DNA of 64,000 nucleotides from Eledone cirrhosa (lineage: Eukaryota), in NCBI GenBank assembly GCA_964016885.1, contig OZ024745.1, positions 31,930,001-31,994,000 of the forward strand, read 5' to 3'. The position numbers and the translations under genes are program-made. Under the pieces are notes generated by a model that was given only the letters and a program-made list of their open reading frames with translations, was not told where the DNA came from and did not search any database. This document shows positions 13,931 to 24,990 of the stretch, piece by piece (position 1 is the stretch's first letter; the number at the start of each line of letters is the position of its first letter).

Positions 13931-15136
13931 ATGTGTGTGGTGAGGTCATTAACAATAATTCTCTTAAAAATAATTCTCCTATAAAAACAATAAACAACAT
14001 CGAAACCGTAATAGACGAGTTACTTGGTATAATGCTCCATTTAATTTACAAATTAAGGATAATATACCTAAAAAATTCTTTAATATCCTAGAGAAAAACT
14101 TCCCGCCAAACCACAAATACCATCAAATCTTAAATAGATCAACGGTTAAATTCTCCTACTCAACAACCAAAAACATAAAACAAAATATAAGTGCCTATAA
14201 TGCATATAAATGTAAAAAAAACCATGAGTATACCACCAGTACATCAAACTAACCATAATATCTCCTCAGATACAGGATTCACAAAAAGTTGTAACTGTAG
14301 AAACAAGGCAAACTGTCCATTAAAAGGAAATTGCCTTGTTAATAACATAGTATATAAATGTAAAGTTAACACTAAGGACTCAATTTATTCATATATAGGA
14401 GCTACCTCTAACAAATTTAAGGTAAGATTTAATACCCACAAACATAGTTTTAAAAATGCCGCACTAGCTAATACAACATCTCTAGCTGAAATAATAAATA
14501 GTTATAGAAAGAGGAATATAGAATATGACCTGACCTGGGGTGTGCTCAAAAGGGCCACCCCTTATCAAAATAGTAGAAATGAATGTAGATTATGTTCCCA
14601 AGAACTTTTTGAAATAATGAAATCTAAGGATATCCTATTAAATAAGCGACAGGAATTAATAATATCGTGTAATCATAAACTGAGAAGAACCTTTAAATAT
14701 TATAAACCTAATTAATATACACTTTAGAAATTAATTTATAAATTATTTTAATTTAGTTAACCTATAATTAATATTCTACTACTGATGAACTACATAATTC
14801 TGCTTTAAAAATTATAAACCTAATTAATATACACTTTTGAAATTAATATATAAACTATTTTTAATTTAGTTAACCTATAATTAATATTCTACTACTGATG
14901 AACTACATAATTTGGCTTTCCTTCTTACAAATATCATTTCCTAAAACTGATACCATTAAGTAATCATATATAATGCTTTAACTTCAGGTTATGACTCTAT
15001 GTTCTTTGAAAACTATATATATTTACTATTTCTCACTAATAAATTTAACCCCCCCCCCCCAATAATTATATGTATATATAAGTGTATATGTGTGTGTATA
15101 TGTATGTGTATGTACGTATATATGCATGTATATATC

Positions 15137-15205
<69 letters not shown>

Positions 15206-15279
15206 ATATGTATGTATATGTATATATATATATATGTGTATGTATGTGTATATATATGTATATATATGTATATATATAA

Positions 15280-15339
<60 letters not shown>

Positions 15340-16221
15340 ATGTGTATATATATGTATATATATATATGTATAAGTATATATATATATATATTATTTTTAT
15401 ATTCTTTTAATTTCCCCTCATCTTTAACAGCACTTTTCAACTGCATCTAACTCTTATTTATCATATCTATATGTATTAGTATAATTTTATCAATATAAAT
15501 ATACCCATCAATTAAATTAATTTATATTCTTTTCATAGATGTATTTTTTTCACTAACATTCTTATCTTAAAACTTTAGTCACCTTAGATATTTGTATTGG
15601 CATTACTATTTCATAACAGCAACTGCTTGTATACCTTTTACTGACCACCTGACCTATTTTCACCCCTAAAATAAGCTTCAATTACTACTATTTTACCATT
15701 TGGCCAATTATTAACTTTCTATTGGTTAATTCTAAACCTCTTACCAAACAGACAGAATATATTAGATCTTTGTTGGTTTTATTCAATGAAAAAATAAAAT
15801 TATTTCTGAGGTCAGCATAAGACCTATTTCTTCCCTAAAATAATCCTTCATTCATAATATTCTTTTCCATCCAAAACTGAAATCTACCTTCCTCTACCCA
15901 TAATTTAAGGTTCTTCTACTACTATATTACTATCCTGACCCTCACTATCTCTCTATTAGTCAATTCAAAACCTGTTCCCAAACAGACCTATTGTATTGAA
16001 TCTTTGTTTTTTTCAATAAACAAATATCATTATTTCTGAAGACAGCATATATATGTGTAGGTATGTATATTCCCTCTGATAGTTTGTATAAATATTGTAC
16101 ATAGATCTATAGAATATGCATACCAACTCTAACACATATATATCCTAGAAACGATCGTAAAATGATGAATTTTTTTAATATAAGGAACTGTTTCTTTGTT
16201 TATTCATTATTTTATTAATTT
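13931..16221 (+). mobile_element. Inverted partial copy (inverted pLTR) of the same PLE: GIY-YIG half and 3' region
   Basis: Reverse complement of about 10826-12958; ORF 14191-14715 repeats the GIY-YIG peptide almost identically. Confidence 0.93.
16027..16168 (+). ncRNA. Type I hammerhead ribozyme motif with long stem II (PLE pLTR)
   Basis: Stem I tcattattt/aaatgatga; CTGAAGA 16036-16042; stem II atatatatgtgt/acacatatatat; GAAA 16148-16151; palindromic stem III CGATCG; cleavage triplet GTA. Mismatches at the base of stem II. Confidence 0.65.
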
Positions 16222-16374
16222 ATATATATATATATATATACAGATACTTTGTAGGTTGCTTTAACCCGTCTTTTATTATTAAAAAACATCTTTGTTAGTT
16301 TCAGAAGATCCCGTTAAGAGTGAAAGCAGCGATTCTTTGCTTAAACTTTAATCTGTTATTTTAATATATATATA

Positions 16375-16714
16375 TCATTTTCATTCATTTCATTTTACGT
16401 CTGCTTTTTCCCTGCTTGCAAGGGTGGGGCGGGAACTGATTTTGGCTTGATTTCTACAGCTGGATGCCCTTCCTAACACCAACCGCATTTACAGTGAGTG
16501 CTGGCTGCTTTTTTGCCGTGGCACCTCCACGACCACTTTGCAGTGGAATGATATGGACCCCAGTCCCTATCATCTCATTTCTACAGCTGAGTAAACTGGA
16601 GCAATGTGAAATAAAGTGTCTTGCTCAAGGAAACAACACATCACCCGGTCTGAGAATTGAACTCACAACCTTTCGATTGCAAGGCCAATGCTCTAACCAT
16701 TAAGCCATGTGCCT

Positions 16715-16716
<2 letters not shown>
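16375..16716 (-). mobile_element. tRNA-derived SINE with RTE-type 3' tail
   Basis: Head GGAGGCACATGGCTTAATGGTTAGAGC (A box) and GAGTTCAATTC (B box), CCTTGAGCAAG central box, tail GCAAGCAGGGAAAAAGCAGACGTAAAATG(A)n; same family at 33732 and 55587. Confidence 0.9.
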
Positions 16717-16761
<45 letters not shown>

Positions 16762-16774
16762 CATACACACATAC

Positions 16775-16977
<203 letters not shown>

Positions 16978-17185
16978 GTATAATAAACAATATAATATAA
17001 TTACCTCATTGCCTTGTCCGACGAACGAATGAGGACGTTTTTTTCATATTCGTCTTATTCGGGAAACCTCTGGTAATGAGGTAATTATATTGTATTTTTA
17101 TTATACATTAAATTTAGCTCTGGTACTTACATAGAGCACTCTTAACTCCTATGACTTTTTCAATTTTCAACGGAATCTTCAATAC

Positions 17186-17220
<35 letters not shown>

Positions 17221-17452
17221 TACATATATATATATATGTGTGTGTATGTATGCATATATATATATATATATGTGTGTATGTATGTATGTATATATATGTG
17301 TGTGTGTATACATATACTTTTATGTGTATATTTATATATGTGTATATTTATATATGTATATATTTGTATATATATATATATATATATGTGTGTATATGTG
17401 TATATATGTGTGTATATGTATATATGTGTATATTTATATATGTATATATAAG

Positions 17453-17486
<34 letters not shown>

Positions 17487-18214
17487 AATGTAACGAAGAT
17501 AATACATCAGCAACGACGTGTTCGTCAGAATGTCGTTATGCAGACAGCCAGACATACAGACAGTTATTATAAGGGCTCGACGGAGATCGATAACTGGCGC
17601 CTAACACCCCTTTAACAACAGAAAATTGAAAAGACAACAGAAAAAAAAAACGGCAGTTAGTATCTTTAGACTGCAAGGAATATATAAATGCAGGTTTGAA
17701 GTCAATCGGAGTAGAAATGTGAATTTGTATAGACTTTGTAAAAATGAGGACACACACACAGACAACATCAGTTTTATATATATAGATATAGGAAAAGGTT
17801 CAGGACCCCGACGGCAGAGCTCAAGCCATTTCGACGGCTATTTCGGTCCAGAAATAGCCGTCGAAACAGCTTGAGCTCTGCCATCGGAATCCTGAACCTT
17901 TTCCTATTACCCACTTTACTACCCAAAGTATCGAGTACTCTGGTGCATTATGGTCCACCTGGTTCCTCTTACCACACTTCCTTCGTTATAAATATAATAA
18001 AATAGATAAATAAAACAAGGACGTGTGGTTACTCCTTCATTACGTTTATTGGATATATATGTGTGTATATATAAACGTTAAGACCCTCTTCCTGCTATAT
18101 CAAGCGTTAACTTAATATATACCTTCCATATACTGTACCGATTATGTTGTTATTTCTCTTTACCTTTTACATACATACATACACATATATATATTGTGGA
18201 TTTATCTCCAACAC

Positions 18215-18673
18215 CTGCTGTCATGTGTTCGACGGATCCGACTGTCAAGTGAGTCCTTCGTCAAAATTTCTCCGCCGCCTTTCTTTAGCCAGGAAGGGCG
18301 GGCTGTTTTTATTTGCATGGTGGCTATGGCGAAAGAAGTCGTGTGGTGGACACGTCTGAAAGGGCTGAAGATGGGTGCTTTCTTTTTCGACATCCCCTGA
18401 TTAACTTCTTCAGGTTTCACTTTTAGAGGAAAATCAGTGTGGAGAAGGAGTGCTGTCTTCAAAGCAATTTGTTGAAAGGTGGGTGAAAGAGGCGAGAATG
18501 GCCCGAGTGAGTGGGCCTGCTCTGAGCGTGGGAATTTTCTTTTGTTTCTATTTTTTGTTATATCCTTTGTTTTTGTTTTTTACTCATTTTTATATGCAGA
18601 AACCCACATTGTACCGTCCTGTGCAGTCGTTAATGTATTTTTTATGTAAACCCTTTGTGGTCAATAAAGAAAA
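18215..18673 (+). mobile_element. L1/Tx1-like LINE 3' fragment
   Basis: Degenerate C-terminal peptide (MAKEVVWWTR...FVERW) and 3' end ccctttgtggtcAATAAAgaaa; a related end lies on the minus strand at about 56000-56300. Confidence 0.55.
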
Positions 18674-19234
18674 CATTATTATCATTATTACGAATACTAC
18701 TATTATTATCAATGTTTTTTTCTGATTACTAGAATAATCATTATCGTTGTTTATATCTTTAGTTGACAATTATTAATAGTACATTCATTATCTCTGTTAT
18801 TATAAAATAATGTTATTATTATCATTATTATTATCATGGTCGTGGTTTGGCAGTATCAGTAGAGCGTCAGACACCATGCTTTGCAGCATAAAGTTAAGAC
18901 CCTTTACGTTCTGAGTCCAAATCCCGCCGAGGTTAGCTTTGCCTCTGTCAACAGTTAAGTATAGGAACTTTACTCGGACCCTACAAACTCGACCAATCAG
19001 AAGGGGAATACGTCTATTACTAGAACTTAATAAAAAGAAAGGAGATTCAAAGGCTGATATGTCTGCTAGCATTGCAACAGGGTGGTAATGCGTGACCATA
19101 TCCTCATGATTGCATAACTACACTTATGATTGTATGAGCATCTGATGAAGTCATATGCAAACCATGTAACAGAAATATATATCATATAATAAAGCAATTA
19201 TAGTGAAGTAACCTTACCTTAACTACTTTTAATT

Positions 19235-19281
<47 letters not shown>

Positions 19282-19707
19282 TAAAAAAGTGAGAATGGGG
19301 CTGTGTGGTTACCAATAAATATTTAGAAAACGTGAGAGAAAACACAAACACAAGGACAATTCCTGCTCATCGGCTGTTTTCTGTCGATCACTGATGTTTC
19401 GAACGTACTAAAGACAGTACATTTCACCACTGCGTTAATAGCTAAAATGAATAGCTATCTGGGAATAAACACAACAGACGATAATGAAGAGACCGACAAA
19501 AAGCAAAAACAAAAAGAGAGAATGACATACCAATAGAGAAAGGGGAAAAGACGAAGGCAGCAATACATGAAAGTTTGGTAGTAACCGAGGGAAAGGGAAA
19601 GGGAAAAAGTTAATACTAGTGGCTGAACATAAGTTCTGAAACCGTATTAACAACAAGCAGGAGAGGGAGAGAGAGAAAAAACGTCTGGTCATAACGACAA
19701 CAGGTGT

Positions 19708-19792
<85 letters not shown>

Positions 19793-20775
19793 TATATATA
19801 TAACGAAGGAAATGTAAGGAACCAGGTGGACCAGAATTAGCCGTCGAAACGGGTTGAGCTCAGCCGTCGGGGTCTTACTGGTTCCTATATATATATATAT
19901 ATATATATTTAATACATTAACAGAGAAAGCCTTAAGCGATACTCTGACCAACTCCATCTCACTCAACAAACATTAGGATATACCTAAGTATTTTCCCAAT
20001 TTAGTGTTCGGGGTGCTAACTAATCACTATTTCGTGGATAGCTGGTTGTATTATTTTATATATATATATATATATATACATATATAAAATAAAATTAGGA
20101 TAATTGACAAAGAGAAGACAATGAACGAAAACGAGGTAGTGCAAAAAAAAATGTTAATGAGGAAACCTTAAAAATTTATTTAAAAAATAAAAAGACAAAC
20201 GAAAGACACAGAACTCCAAGGCCTTCAGCTGTTGAGATAGACTTTGGCAGTTTTGACGCCTACCGGTTCTGCTGGTCCACCAAGGGTCACGGCGTCTGAC
20301 AAACAAGTCAAAGCGCTGTCCTATGGATTAAAAGACTGGACAAAACAATAACATACAGCAAGTCATTACAAATATGTTAGACTGACGAGCTGAGGTGTAA
20401 TAACTTCCTCAGTAAAACGCGCGTATTCAACAGCTGAAAATGCTTGTGCGTGCCCACTGAATTTGTTCTTCTCACTCCACATAATGACGTGTTTATCTCG
20501 GCATATATTTCGCTCATCTCAAGAGAACGTCTTCGTGTACTATTGTTTTCTAAAGGCAATATTTAGTTGTAACTTTATTTTTAAATTTACTTCTGCATCT
20601 ACAGATTAATTTTTCTCGATTTCAGATGACCCCGCTTAGGGTGAAATTAGTAATTTATAGCTTGAACTTTTGATCTCTACTAATAATAAATATTTGCTCT
20701 ACGAATTTGTATATACTTTTATATATATTATCCTTATCGAGTCCTCTTAGGATTTATTATTAATATATGTAGTTA

Positions 20776-20968
20776 GGGCGGTAGATTGGCAGTATCGGTA
20801 GAGGGTCGGACGCCATGCTTTGACGCATAGAGTTACGGCCCTTGCTATTCTGAGTTCAAATCCCGCCGAGGTTAACTTTGCCTTTCATCCTTATAGCGTC
20901 GATAAAATAAAGTACCAGTAATACACTGGGTAATTGCTGGCCTTGTGCCAAAAGTAGAAACAATTATT
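20776..20968 (+). mobile_element. Second tRNA-derived SINE family (Meta/Nin-like core)
   Basis: TTGGCAGTATCGGTAGAG head, GAGTTCAAATCC B box, GCCTTTCATCCTT..GTCGATAAAATAAAGTACCAG core, GTAGAAACAATTATT tail. Confidence 0.85.
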
Positions 20969-21301
20969 AATATATATAGTAATAATGCTGAGGACTGCTC
21001 TGAACATTTATCAATATACACTGAGGATGACGAACTCAGAGCTGTATAAGAGCCTCCCAAAAGTCAGCTCGAAAGTGACACAGAGGAGACTAAGGTTAGC
21101 TGGAGCCCCTACTCAGACACACTGGAAGAGTGAGACTAAGGATGACATATGTTGATGCCCTAAGGACAGACACTGGTCTCTGTGAGAAGCAGAACATGGT
21201 GGCAATGATGAAGGACAGAGACCACTGGAGAGGACTCATCCATGGATCTTGGGAATTTTACCTGCCTTAAATAGAGATATATATATATATATATATATAC
21301 A

Positions 21302-22570
21302 CTAGCAGTGGTACCCGGCGTTGCACGTGATAAGGTATTTTGGGCCGCGGGCCGCCAACAGACCTAATCGTGGAAAAACTGCATGCCTCGACAATATGTA
21401 AAGAAAATAAACTGAATACTCTGATGGCTGGATAATCTTTAAGATTTTCCTCGATGAAGTAGGAAAAATGCAGGTTTTCACCTAGGGCATCAAGAAAATG
21501 AATTTTTATTATGTGCATAATATGCCTTGAAATTTCGGGAAAATCGGCTAAACGTAACGCCTAAAATAAGCCCTAAAAAGCTGAAAAAATGAAGTTTTTC
21601 ACCTAATGTGGACCCTAGGTCATAACAAAGTTGGATTTTCTTTGCTCACGGTATGAAGAAGAGACTGACTAATACATAGTTACAATTTCAAGGAAATCGG
21701 TCTGACATAACGCCTCAAAATACCCCTAAAAAGCTGAAAAAATGCAATTTTTCACCTAATGCGGCGGATCAAAAAGTTGAATTTTTTATGTGCATAACAC
21801 TCCCTGAATAACTTTTGTTCTCGTAAAGGCACGTAAGTAAGCAACACTGAAAACTGAAGCTATTATAGCGATGTTTTTCTTTACCGGCTTTAATGTTTAG
21901 TGTTGTATGAAATATATAACCTGCAAACCTGATTTTTGAATCGCAGCAGGATCGACTTTATTTCACTCGCTCCACTAAAAGTTGGATTTTCTTTGTTCAT
22001 GGTATGAAGAAAAGACTGATTAATACATAGTTACCGGCTTTCATTTTTAGTGTTGTGTGAAATATATAACCACCTTAGCTAAGCTTAGTATTGTCACAAC
22101 CATGGCTGGCAAAGAAGTAAGGGTCTGGTGGTATGTAAGTAAGCAACACTGTGACTTAAAATGTGAGAAAGAAGTTGTGTGGGGAATGAGTGTCTTGAGC
22201 AAGGGTGGCAGAATAACCGGAGACAGCATACAGCTAGCCAGACATACAGACAGATATTATAAGGGTGCGTTTTGGGAAGTGACGTAATGCAGACAGCCAG
22301 ACATGCAGACAGATATTATATGGGTGCGACGTTATATGTATGTATCTATCTAAAAAGAGAAAGACTAAGAATTATAGAGCAAGATCGCTAAATCGCCTAA
22401 TGCGGTCCCTAGGGCATAGAAAATTTGAAATTTTCTTTGTTCAGAACACTCCCTAAAACATAAGTATTACATGTGTAAAGTTTGAAAACAGTCGGTTGGG
22501 TGGTTCTCGAGTTTTAGGGATTCGAACTCACACACACACAGACAGACATCCTAGGTTTTATATATATAGA
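21302..22570 (-). mobile_element. Non-autonomous Helitron (Lep1/DINE-like)
   Basis: On the minus strand: 5' TC, subterminal (CTGT)n/(GT)n microsatellite, 3' GC-rich hairpin remnant and CTAG; a related 5' fragment lies at 17536-17788. Confidence 0.75.
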
Positions 22571-22639
22571 TTATATATGTATATGTTGCAAAATCTGTAG
22601 GTGTGAAAAGGATCTAGTCATCTAGTTATATCCAGTGCA

Positions 22640-23270
22640 GTCAGATCATTGACCACCTGGTTTCAGGCTGTCAGATCATTGACCACCTGGTTTCAGGCAG
22701 TCAGATCATTGACCACCTGGTTTCAGGCAGTCAGATCATTGACCACCTGGTTTCAGGCTGTCAGATCATTGACCACCTGGTTTCAGGCTGTCAGATCATT
22801 GACCACCTGGTTTCAGGCAGTCAGATCATTGACCACCTGGTTTCAGGCTGTCAGATCATTGACCACCTGGTTTCAGGCTGTCAGATCATTGACCACCTGG
22901 TTTCAGGCTGTCAGATCATTGACCACCTGGTTTTAGGCTGTCAGATCATTGACCACCTGGTTTCAGGCTGTCAGATCATTGACCACCTGGTTTCAGGCTG
23001 TCAGATCATTGACCACCTGGTTTTAGGCTGTCAGATCATTGACCACCTGGTTTCAGGCTGTCAGATCATTGACCACCTGGTTTCAGGCTGTCAGATCATT
23101 GACCACCTGGTTTCAGGCTGTCAGATCATTGACCACCTGGTTTCAGGCTGTCAGATCATTGACCACCTGGTTTCAGGCTGTCAGATCATTGACCACCTGG
23201 TTTCAGGCTGTCAGATCATTGACCACCTGGTTTCAGGCTGTCAGATCATTGACCACCTGGTTTCAGGCTG
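22640..23270. repeat. 30-bp minisatellite, about 21 near-identical copies
   Basis: gtcagatcattgaccacctggtttcaggct units. Confidence 0.97.
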
Positions 23271-24143
23271 CAAAACAGAGGGGAAATAGTACAAGCATCA
23301 CTCAGATGCAGTATCCAGAGGTGTAGTCGCCAAAGAAGTTGCTGACTACCTCAATTCCCGAGGTATTTGACACCACCACATGATGTCATTCACATATGCT
23401 GACACTGCCCTTCCACATCCCAGTTTGAGCAATATGCTCTTCAACATCTCCAGAAGAGAGGAGAGAGGGCATTCTGGACAGAACGAGCATGGGATCTGAA
23501 ATGGTAGATGGCGCTGTGCATTGAAGTGATCAAGCCGCTGAAGAAATGACCGGTTCTGCTGTTTTTGTAGCTGGTGGAGCTGTTGTGACTGTCACTGCTG
23601 CTGTTTCTGTTGTTGTTGCTAGTATTGCGGTTGCTTGTGTTGTTAAGGTTGTTTGAGACAATGGTGACAGTGGGCTGTTTATTGATGGCAAGTTGTGGGT
23701 AGAAGGCCTTCAAGTGAGTGGCAGTATCACAAGTATGACACTTTCGTCTTCTCTCGTCTACCACCTTTGACAGATGAACACCACCTAGGGCATCAATCAC
23801 TTTGTCAATAGAATCAAGGGATAGCAGGTCAGTTTCGATGAGAGATCTATCTCCATTATGCCCCAGTTTTCCCTTTTCATTTTACGGACTTTGAGGATGG
23901 TGGTTCAATCCTCGAAGTCGGCAGTGTCAGTCTAGCTTTGGTAAATCTTTGGCTGCAGTACGATGGCATAAAGATCACCTCCTCTCTCTTCAAAGTGATA
24001 TTTTTGTTAGTTGTGCATTTTTAATAAGAAAATTAAAGCAACCAGCCAGTATAAAATATTTCCTTGAGTAATTGATTTTACATTGATTTTAATTGAATGT
24101 ACATTGTGAAAGCTCCTTATTGGAATCTAATTTCTTTTTGTAG

Positions 24144-24469
24144 CTAACACAAAAACTGAACAACCCATTGGTAATCCACCAGGATACATGGACAGTTTTG
24201 GAACACCTGGATTTAATCCACCACAACAGGGATATGCACCAGCATCTGGATATCCTCCAGCATCTGGATATCCTCCAGCATCTGGATATCCTCCAGCATC
24301 TGGATATCCTCCAGCATCTGGATATCCTCCAGCATCTGGATACCCTCCAGCATCTGGATACCCTCCAGCATCTGGATATCCTCCAGCATCTGGATATCCT
24401 CCAGCATATGGATATCCTCCAGCACCTGGATATTCTCAAACACAAAATACTCAAAACACCAATGTCATC
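24144..24469 (+). CDS. CD225/dispanin (PRRT1/IFITM-like) protein, proline-rich N-terminal coding exon
   Basis: Acceptor tttctttttgtag|CT at 24143/24144; open frame NTKTEQPIGNPPGY-M(24188)DSFG...(PASGYP)n...QNTNVI; phase-0 donor gtaagt at 24470. The true start may be ATG 24188 or lie in an upstream phase-1 exon. Confidence 0.85.
24239..24436 (+). repeat. Coding 18-bp tandem repeat x11 (PASGYP)
   Basis: ccagcatctggatatcct units: 9x PASGYP, then PAYGYP and PAPGYS. Confidence 0.97.
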
Positions 24470-24682
24470 GTAAGTAAACTATTCATTATTTTTACAGTTT
24501 TGCATCCATTTTTCCAAAATAGGGACCTGATTTTTAACTGGTTTCAGACATTAGATTCTGATTATGCTTAGATACCAGCTTTAAGATTGTTTTATCAATC
24601 CTATCAACCAAAGTGCTTGTTTCACTCAGGTAATTATAGAATGGTTTAATTATTTTTGATATACCATAAACACACACACACA

Positions 24683-24743
<61 letters not shown>

Positions 24744-24990
24744 TCTCTCTCTCTCTTTCTCCCTTTCTCTCTCTCTCTCTCTCATACAAATCCACATATA
24801 CTGCAACCATAATCATTTTTACATTCACCTTTTCTTGGTCACATGGCTGGGATTGTTTTTTTTTTCTTTGTAGAATATGGTACTTGTTTCACTGATTTTC
24901 ACATGTCAAACTATTAACATACAAGAGATATTGTTTATGCGTGGTACCACTTGTTTAGACACAAATGCACACACATACACACATACACAC

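Noticed and set aside
14775-14910. CTGATGA motifs in the PLE 3' region (14782, 14895)
   Set aside because: No downstream stem II/GAAA arrangement; they belong to a short tandem duplication.
19125-19195. Hammerhead at CTGATGA 19142
   Set aside because: Core words are present but stems I and II are poorly paired; at most a decayed relic. The same applies to partial matches on the minus strand at about 19385-19430 and 28175-28200.
22640-23270. CRISPR-like array of 30-bp repeats (also considered for 35900-36561 and 48033-48755)
   Set aside because: Units are head-to-tail with no unique spacers, there are no cas genes, and the context is eukaryotic: these are minisatellites.
24089-24473. Alternative-frame repeat ORFs (CWRISR, LDILQH, LEDIQM)
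   Set aside because: These are by-products of the 18-bp repeat; only the PASGYP frame fits the splice sites and the downstream CD225 exons.
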